Positions 35,175 through 41,154 of a stretch of 41,154 bases of DNA are shown here, one piece after another; positions within the stretch are counted from its first letter, which is position 1, and every line of letters begins with the position of its first letter. This stretch comes from Polyangia bacterium. Lineage in GTDB: Bacteria; Myxococcota_A; Polyangia; Fen-1088. Under the pieces are notes generated by a model. The model did no database searches and was not told the DNA's origin. It saw only the letters and a program-made list of their open reading frames with translations. The stretch lies in NCBI GenBank assembly GCA_035939455.1, contig DASZFV010000330.1, positions 1 to 41,154 on the forward strand, read 5' to 3'. A program made the position numbers and the translations under genes.

Positions 35175-35891
35175 ATGCTGCCCCTCATCTTACAGGCCGG
35201 CGCCGCAGAAGCGCGGCTCGACATCCTGCAGCTCATCCTGAACGCTTCCCCCGTCGTCAAGGGGGTGCTCGCGCTGCTGATCCTGATGTCGATCGCCTCC
35301 TGGTTCGTCATCGGGTCGAAGACGATCTATCTGTCGAACGCCGCCTCGCGCTCGGCCAAATTCCAGGACGCGTTCTGGAAGACGGGGCGGCTCGACGAGA
35401 TCTGGCGCATCAGCGAGGCCTCGCCGCCGTCGCCCGTGGGCGAGGTGTTTCGCGCGGGCTACACCGAGCTCGCGAAGCTGCAGAAGCGGCGCCAGGAGGC
35501 GACGGACTCGGCGGGCGACGAGCTGCTGGGCGACATCGAGAGCGTGCAGCGCGCCCTCGACCGCGCGCGCACGACGGCCATCACCGACATGGAGAGCCGC
35601 GTGCCGCTGCTCGGCACGACGGCGAGCGCCGGTCCGTTCATCGGCCTCTTCGGCACAGTGTGGGGCATCATGAACTCGTTCCGCAACATCGGCGCCAAGG
35701 GCGCCGCCAACCTGGCGACCGTCGCGCCCGGCATCGCCGAGGCGCTCGTCGCGACGGCCATCGGCCTCATGGCGGCCATCCCGGCCGTCATGGCCTACAA
35801 CTATTTTTCGCGGCGCATCCGCGTGCTGTCGGCCGAGATGGAGACGTTCTCGAGCGACTTCCTCAACATCGTGCGCCGGCGGTTCTTCTAG
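35175..35891 (+). CDS. tolQ: TolQ/ExbB-family proton channel protein
   Basis: The ATG is preceded by AAGGAGG. It has three TM segments and the conserved MotA/TolQ/ExbB block LLGTTASAGPFIGLFGTVWGIMNSF...VAPGIAEALVATAIGLMAAIPAVMAYNYF. Confidence 0.9.
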   Translation: MLPLILQAGAAEARLDILQLILNASPVVKGVLALLILMSIASWFVIGSKTIYLSNAASRSAKFQDAFWKTGRLDEIWRISEASPPSPVGEVFRAGYTELAKLQKRRQEATDSAGDELLGDIESVQRALDRARTTAITDMESRVPLLGTTASAGPFIGLFGTVWGIMNSFRNIGAKGAANLATVAPGIAEALVATAIGLMAAIPAVMAYNYFSRRIRVLSAEMETFSSDFLNIVRRRFF

Positions 35892-35893
35892 CC

Positions 35894-36313
35894 ATGTCCA
35901 TGTCGGCGGGGAGCGGCGGCGGGTCCGGGATGGGATCGCTCACCGAGATCAACGTCACGCCTCTCGTCGACGTCATGCTCGTGCTCCTCATCATCTTCAT
36001 GGTGACGGCGCCCATGCTGCAGACGGGTGTCGACGTGAACCTGCCCCAGGCGAAGGCGCAGACGATCCCCGACGACGAGGGCAAGCTCATCTTGACGGTG
36101 ACGAAGGACAAGCGCGTGTTCCTGGGCAAGCTGCAGATCCCGTGGGAAGACGTCGAGAAGATCCTCAAGAACAACGCCAAGCTCAACGCCGACCACGAGC
36201 TCTACCTGCACGCCGACAAGGACCTCTTGTACGGCGACGTCGTGAAGATCATGGCGGTCGTCAAGCAGGCGGGCGTCGACAAGCTCGGCATGGTGACGGA
36301 TCCGCTCGAGTAG
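35894..36313 (+). CDS. tolR: TolR/ExbD-family protein
   Basis: ATG 35894 lies 2 nt after the tolQ stop. It shows EINVTPLVDVMLVLLIIFMVTAP, the ExbD/TolR signature with the conserved Asp in the TM. About 139 aa. Confidence 0.9.
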   Translation: MSMSAGSGGGSGMGSLTEINVTPLVDVMLVLLIIFMVTAPMLQTGVDVNLPQAKAQTIPDDEGKLILTVTKDKRVFLGKLQIPWEDVEKILKNNAKLNADHELYLHADKDLLYGDVVKIMAVVKQAGVDKLGMVTDPLE

Positions 36314-36324
36314 AGGCGACGACC

Positions 36325-37026
36325 ATGGCGAGGCAGGGCAACCGGCGGGCTTCGGGACGCGGCTTTCAGGGGCTACTCATCACGCTCGCGCTGCACGGCG
36401 GCCTCTTCGCGGCCATCGCCGTCGCCAACAACCGTGAGCAGCCGCCCCTCGTCATCAGCCGAGACTTCGTCATGGCGGAGATGGTCAAGCTCGGCAAGCC
36501 GCGCGACAAGTTCTGGCTGCCGCGCATCACGCAGCCGCAGCGCTCGACGGCGCCGCCCGACTCACTCAAGGTCGCCGAGGATCCGAACGCCAGGGCCGCG
36601 CCCAAGGAGGCGCCGCGGCCCGACGACCCGACGATCTCGAAGAACCTCAAGCGCGCGCTCGATCGCGCGCGCAAGCTCGAGCAGCTCGCCGTGCCCGAGG
36701 AGGCAGACGAGGGTTCCCTCACGGGCTCTAAGCTCGGCACGTCGAACACTGAGACGGGCGACCAGTACCTCGCCGAGGTCAAGGGCCTGCTCATGCAGAA
36801 CTACGCGCTGCCGGCGGGCATGGCCCCTGGCCTGGTGACCACGCCGCCCGAGATCCGTTTCCGGCTCGGCGAGGACGGCACGCTGTCGGACATCGAGCTC
36901 GTGAAGTCGTCGGGCAACAGTTTCGCCGACGACGCGTGCGTGGGCGCGGCCCAGCAGACGCGCAAGGTGTCGCCGCCGCCGCCGAAGTACCGCAACCATG
37001 GTATAGGGGTCGAGTGCGACAAGTAG
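36325..37026 (+). CDS. TonB C-terminal-domain protein in the TolA position
   Basis: ATG at 36325. It has an N-terminal anchor (FQGLLITLALHGGLFAAIAV), a Pro/charged linker and a C-terminal TonB/TolA-like domain (YLAEVKGLLMQNYALPAG...IRFRLGEDGTLSDIELVKSSGNSFADDA). Confidence 0.75.
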   Translation: MARQGNRRASGRGFQGLLITLALHGGLFAAIAVANNREQPPLVISRDFVMAEMVKLGKPRDKFWLPRITQPQRSTAPPDSLKVAEDPNARAAPKEAPRPDDPTISKNLKRALDRARKLEQLAVPEEADEGSLTGSKLGTSNTETGDQYLAEVKGLLMQNYALPAGMAPGLVTTPPEIRFRLGEDGTLSDIELVKSSGNSFADDACVGAAQQTRKVSPPPPKYRNHGIGVECDK

Positions 37027-38342
37027 CCGGGGGCCTCTTCCTCGACGGGGTGTCTCTGTCTGGCGCGGCGCTCACGGCGTTCGCACTGATCGGTAGCGGC
37101 GCCTACGCGCGGCCGGCGCTCGCCCAGACGGGCGGCGACGAGGACCTGCCCGTCATCCGCCTCTCGGGCGCCGGGATCGAGCTCTTGCGCATCGGCGTGC
37201 CGCGGCCCGAGGGGGACACGACGTCGACCGTCACCGCCGGCGACACGCTCTCCAAGGACCTCGACGTCACGGGGCTGTTCCAGGTGCTCGACCCGGCCTC
37301 TTTCCCGGCCGCGCTGCAGAGCGAGGGTCTTGGCTTCTCGTCGCCGCTGTGGACCCAAGTCGGCGCGCAGGCGGTCGTGAAGATGCGCGTCGCGGGCGGC
37401 CAGATCGAGGCGCGCCTCTACGTCACGGCCCGCGGCGACACGGCCCAGCTCTCGAAGGTGTACCGCGGCGCCGACGTGCGCGACGCCGTGCACGACTTCG
37501 CGAACGACATCGTCAAGTCGTTCACGGGCCAGGCGGGGGTCTTCGGTTCGCGCATCGCCATCGCGATGTCGGGTAAGGGCGCGCACGAGATCGCGACCGT
37601 CGACATGGACGGCGGGCGCACGGCCGTCGTGACGAAGATGGCCTCGGACTGCTTGCTGCCGGCCTTCTCGCCCGGCGGCGGCGAGATAGCGTTCACGTCC
37701 TACCTGCGCAACAACCCCGACCTCTACATCGTCTCGGCGGGCGGCGGGCGCGCGCGGCGCGTCTCGAAGCAGCCGGGGCTCAACACGGGCGCGGCCTGGT
37801 CCCCTGACGGGCACACTCTCGCCCTCACGATGTCGTACGAGGGCAACGCCGAGCTCTACCGCATCAACACCGAGGGTGGCACGCAGGCACGACTGACCTC
37901 GAACCCGGCCATTGATAGCTCGCCCTCGTTCTCGCCCGACGGCGGACAGATCGCCTTCGTGTCGAACCGTCAAGGCTCGCCGCAGATCTTCGTGATGTCG
38001 GCCGGCGGCGGCGGCGCAAAGCGCGTGACGTTCCAGGGCAAGTACAACCAGACGCCGCGCTTCAACCCGCGCGCCGACAGGTCGCAGATCGCGTTCACGG
38101 GGCGCGACGAGCGCGGCGTGTTCGACGTCTTCATCCTCGACGTCAAGTCGGGGAAGATCGATCGCGTCACGCAGGGCAAGGGCTCGAACCTCGATCCGAC
38201 GTGGTCGCCCGACGGCCGCCTCATCGCGTACGTCTCGAGCCGCGGCGGCCTGTGGGTGCAGAACCCCGAGACGCACCACGAGGTCCAGATCTGGCGCGGC
38301 AGCGGGTCGTCTCCGTCGTGGGGCCCGGCGCCGCGGCGCTGA
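37014..38342 (+). CDS. tolB: TolB (Tol-Pal system beta-propeller protein)
   Basis: Track ORF 36936..38342. GTG 37014 overlaps the upstream gene by 13 nt. A signal peptide ends at ...ARPALAQ. The TolB N-domain is followed by repeated PD40-type blades (PAFSPGGGEIAFTS, AAWSPDGHTLALT, PSFSPDGGQIAFVS, PTWSPDGRLIAYVS). Confidence 0.9.
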   Translation: MRQVAGGLFLDGVSLSGAALTAFALIGSGAYARPALAQTGGDEDLPVIRLSGAGIELLRIGVPRPEGDTTSTVTAGDTLSKDLDVTGLFQVLDPASFPAALQSEGLGFSSPLWTQVGAQAVVKMRVAGGQIEARLYVTARGDTAQLSKVYRGADVRDAVHDFANDIVKSFTGQAGVFGSRIAIAMSGKGAHEIATVDMDGGRTAVVTKMASDCLLPAFSPGGGEIAFTSYLRNNPDLYIVSAGGGRARRVSKQPGLNTGAAWSPDGHTLALTMSYEGNAELYRINTEGGTQARLTSNPAIDSSPSFSPDGGQIAFVSNRQGSPQIFVMSAGGGGAKRVTFQGKYNQTPRFNPRADRSQIAFTGRDERGVFDVFILDVKSGKIDRVTQGKGSNLDPTWSPDGRLIAYVSSRGGLWVQNPETHHEVQIWRGSGSSPSWGPAPRR

Positions 38343-38355
38343 GCGGAGGCGGCGC

Positions 38356-39279
38356 GTGACGACGCTCGCGACGATAGACGTCGGCACGAACACGACGCTG
38401 CTGCTCGTGGCACGCGCCAAGGCCGCGGACGCCGTCACCGTGCTCGACGAGCGCGCCGAGATCACGCGCCTCGGCCGCGGCATCGGCTTTGGCGGCGCCT
38501 TGGGTGCCCAGGGCATCTCGCGCACGCTGGACGTGCTCCGCGACTACGCGGCGCTCGCGCGCCGGCGCGGCGCGCGCATCGCCGCCGTGGGCACCGAGGC
38601 GCTGCGCCGTGCGCCCAACGGGGCCGACTTCCTCGGCCCCGCGGCGGCGATCCTGGGCGTGCCCGTGGAGGTCATAGACGGCGCGCGCGAGGCGGCGCTG
38701 ACCTTCCGCGCGGCCGCCGCGTCGTTCCCCGCCGAGGCGCGGACGGGCGCGCTCGTCGTCGTCGACATCGGCGGCGGCTCGACGGAGATCATCCTGTCGG
38801 ACCGCGGCGCCGTGACGTGGAGCGCGAGCCTGCCGCTCGGCTCCGTGCGCCTCACGGAGAGATACGTCCGCCACGATCCGCCCACGCCCGCCGAGATCGA
38901 CGCCATCGAGGGCGACGTCGACGGGGCGCTCGCCGCCGTGCCCTGGCCCGCGGGCCCGAGCGCCACGGTCGTCGGCACCGCCGGCACGGTGACCTCGCTG
39001 GCCGCCATGGCGCTCCGCCTCGTGACCTACGACCCGGCCCGCGTGCACGGCTGCGATCTCGACGTCGCGGCCCTCGACGCCGAGATCGCGCGCCTGCGCG
39101 CGTCAAAGCAGGACGACCGCGAGCGCATCGTGGGCCTCGATCCGCGGCGCGCCGACGTCATCCTCGCGGGCGCGCTGATCTTGCGGCGCCTCGCCGCCGC
39201 GGCGCGAGCCTCCGCGATACGCGTCAGCGACCGCGGCATCCGTTGGGGGCTGCTTTTCGAGGCGCTCGAGCGCCGCTGA
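38356..39279 (+). CDS. Ppx/GppA-family phosphatase (short, two ASKHA domains only)
   Basis: GTG start 13 nt after the tolB stop. Motifs: ATIDVGTNTTLLLVA, AVGTEALRRAPNG, VVVDIGGGSTEI, VVGTAGTVTSLAAM. 307 aa. Confidence 0.88.
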   Translation: MTTLATIDVGTNTTLLLVARAKAADAVTVLDERAEITRLGRGIGFGGALGAQGISRTLDVLRDYAALARRRGARIAAVGTEALRRAPNGADFLGPAAAILGVPVEVIDGAREAALTFRAAAASFPAEARTGALVVVDIGGGSTEIILSDRGAVTWSASLPLGSVRLTERYVRHDPPTPAEIDAIEGDVDGALAAVPWPAGPSATVVGTAGTVTSLAAMALRLVTYDPARVHGCDLDVAALDAEIARLRASKQDDRERIVGLDPRRADVILAGALILRRLAAAARASAIRVSDRGIRWGLLFEALERR

Positions 39280-41154
39280 TCAGGTTCTCGTCGACGGCGC
39301 CCGCAGCCAGGCCGCGACGTCCGGCGGGGGGAGGGTCGGCGTCTTGACCTGCGCGTAGTCCGCGAGCGCGAGGCGCGCGAGGGCGCGTGCCCGCTCCCGA
39401 TCGGCAGGTCTCGACCAGAGGGCGCGCGCGAGCGCGAAGCGCGTCTCGCCCACGCGCTCGGGATCGAATTGCTTGGCGACCCGAACCCGCAGCGCCTCCT
39501 CCAAGGGCGCGACGGCCTCGTCCGCCCTGCCCTCGCCCAGATACGAGATGCCGAGCCCCGTCAGGGCGTAGGAAAGGAAGATCGCGTCCGCTTCGGAGCG
39601 CCGCCAGATGTCGTAGGCACGCTGGAAGGCGACGTTCGCCTCGGCGTAGCGGTGCAAGAAATTGAGGCTCTCCCCTTCGTTGTTCGACGCCAGCGCGACC
39701 GAGGGATGGTCCGGCCCGAGGAGCCGGGACATGGCCTCGCGGCTCGCGGCGCTCGTGGCGCACGACTCTTCGTATTTGCCCGCGTACTCAAAACCGACCC
39801 CGACGTTCATCAGGCCCAGGATCGTGTCGTAGTTGTCGCGTCCGACGACCCGTTCCTTAAGCGCGTGCGCCCGCTGATACGCGTCGAGGCTGTCGGCGCC
39901 CTTCCCCTCGGCGGCGAAGATCGTCGCTTCGGCGTTGAGCGCCCATGCCTCGAGCTCTGGCCGCTCTCCGAGTCGGGCCAGCAGTGCGCGCCCGACCCTC
40001 AACCAATCGCGTCCAGCAGCCGGCTGGCGGACCCTATCCGCGAGGACGCCGGCCAAGAGCAGGGCCCCAGACGCGGCGACCTCGTCGTGGCGCGCCACGA
40101 GCGCGACCGTGACGCTCTCCCGAAAGAGGTCGAGCATTTGGACCTGGTCGCCGCAGTTGTCGCCCAGTCGCGCCGCTTCGAAGAGGGTCTCGCCGAGCAG
40201 GGGCGGGTACCCCGTCGCCCGCGCGGCTCCGATGAGCGCGTCTTGCATGCGCTGCGCGTCGCCACAGTGGCCCGCGTCCCGCAAGGCCACGAAGCGCGCG
40301 AGGTCGGCTCGCACCGACTGCACGCGCCGCACCGTCGCGGGATCGGCAGGCGGCTTGATGACGGCCTTGAGCGCGGGCACGTCCGAGCAGCGGTCGAGGG
40401 GCGGCAATGCGCTCGCGGCGCCGACGGCGTTCTCGACCACCTTGCCGTCGGCGTTCGCGAAAAGATCCGTCAAGGCGCGAACGCTCGTCAACCGCTCCTG
40501 GAGACAGCCCATGCGGAGGTCGAGGACCTCGTTGGACTGTTCGCCACGGACGTGCGTCGCCTCGCAAGCCTCGACGTCGGCTTGCATCCACCTCTCGACG
40601 TAGCCGTCGAGCAGCCGGGTGACGCTCCTGAAGGCTTGGGTCGCGTAGGCCTTGCCCGTCCTCGCGAAGGCGTCGTGAATCGCTGTCCTCCGAGACGAGT
40701 GCCACGCACCCGGCTCCCAGATCCCCGCGAAGTGCCCCGCGGCGCCGCGGCACACCGCCTGCTGCGTGCCTTCGAGCCTTCGCGCGCCCCAAATCGCGCC
40801 CACGAGACAAGCCGCGAGGCCGAGCCCCGTCGCCAGCCGCCGCGCGCGTACCGTCGGATCCGTCTGCAGCGCCGCGAGGAGCGCCGCCATCGAAGGAAAG
40901 CGCGCGTCGGGATGGGCCTGCAGGCCGCGCAGCAGGACCTTGCGCATCCACCCGGGCACGCTCGCCTTGGCGGGCGGCGGGTTGACGATGCCCGTCGTCA
41001 CGCTCGTCATGAGCGTGACTATCGTCGTGCCCTCGAACGGCCGCTGCCCGTACAGCGCCTCGTAGACCGCGACGCAGAAGGCAAACTGATCCGTGCGCGC
41101 GTCGGTCGGCCGCACCGCGAACTGCTCCGGCGCCATATATGCCGGCGTGCCCAG
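39280..41154 (-). CDS. Ser/Thr protein kinase with TM segment and C-terminal TPR region (N-terminus beyond the window end)
   Basis: The reading frame is open to the window edge. The reverse complement of the last bases reads LGTPAYMAPEQF (kinase activation segment / APE motif), then DQFAFCVAVYEALYGQRPF. It has a TM segment (LATGLGLAACLVGAIWGA) and TPR_12-like repeats near the C-terminus. The stop abuts the ppx-like stop. Confidence 0.88.
   Translation of the reverse strand: MGTPAYMAPEQFAVRPTDARTDQFAFCVAVYEALYGQRPFEGTTIVTLMTSVTTGIVNPPPAKASVPGWMRKVLLRGLQAHPDARFPSMAALLAALQTDPTVRARRLATGLGLAACLVGAIWGARRLEGTQQAVCRGAAGHFAGIWEPGAWHSSRRTAIHDAFARTGKAYATQAFRSVTRLLDGYVERWMQADVEACEATHVRGEQSNEVLDLRMGCLQERLTSVRALTDLFANADGKVVENAVGAASALPPLDRCSDVPALKAVIKPPADPATVRRVQSVRADLARFVALRDAGHCGDAQRMQDALIGAARATGYPPLLGETLFEAARLGDNCGDQVQMLDLFRESVTVALVARHDEVAASGALLLAGVLADRVRQPAAGRDWLRVGRALLARLGERPELEAWALNAEATIFAAEGKGADSLDAYQRAHALKERVVGRDNYDTILGLMNVGVGFEYAGKYEESCATSAASREAMSRLLGPDHPSVALASNNEGESLNFLHRYAEANVAFQRAYDIWRRSEADAIFLSYALTGLGISYLGEGRADEAVAPLEEALRVRVAKQFDPERVGETRFALARALWSRPADRERARALARLALADYAQVKTPTLPPPDVAAWLRAPSTRT

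Overview
This is a very GC-rich bacterial chromosomal segment with strong G/C bias at third codon positions. That bias explains the many long spurious alternate-frame and antisense ORFs in the track. Gene content points to a Myxococcota-type genome (inference only): a PEGA-domain kinase-like protein, a Ser/Thr kinase fused to TPR repeats, an FHA-GAF-cyclase, and many lipobox lipoproteins. I support about 36 protein-coding genes, one TPP (THI-box) riboswitch, a few terminator or promoter candidates and one short tandem repeat. I saw no rRNA, tRNA, CRISPR array, transposase, integrase or phage genes, so this reads as core chromosome rather than a mobile island.

Gene order, left to right:
- NmrA-like gene (partial) and a Cys-rich lipoprotein.
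- A three-gene 2-oxoacid oxidoreductase module: a GltD-like flavoprotein with a fused ferredoxin domain, then korA and korB.
- argS, a Gfo/Idh/MocA oxidoreductase and a PhyH-family dioxygenase.
- A signalling block: small membrane protein, predicted pseudokinase with PEGA domain, flippase-like membrane protein, a convergent 1717-aa TPR protein, and a divergent FHA-GAF-adenylate cyclase.
- A secreted His/Arg-rich protein.
- A 1226-aa fused GltD-like plus PyrK/NfnA-like oxidoreductase, a MoeB/ThiF enzyme with an N-terminal rhodanese domain, an IscA/ErpA-type Fe-S carrier and a GlcD-like FAD oxidase.
- nth.
- A minus-strand string opened by the TPP riboswitch: thiC, lipoprotein cytochrome c, TPR/Pro-rich membrane protein, lipoprotein, KamA-family radical SAM enzyme.
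- A rhomboid protease with two lipoproteins.
- tolQ-tolR-tolA-like-tolB followed by a short Ppx/GppA gene (no pal).
- A partial Ser/Thr kinase with TPR repeats.

The most notable candidates for under-described biology are:
- the single-chain NfnB/NfnA-like megaprotein and its sulfur/Fe-S neighbours;
- the KorCAB-like wired oxidoreductase;
- the riboswitch-led thiC...kamA gene string;
- the pseudokinase / giant TPR / cyclase signalling block, which has a perfect 3x8-bp repeat in its divergent promoter region.

All family calls come from motif recognition by eye. No database search was possible.
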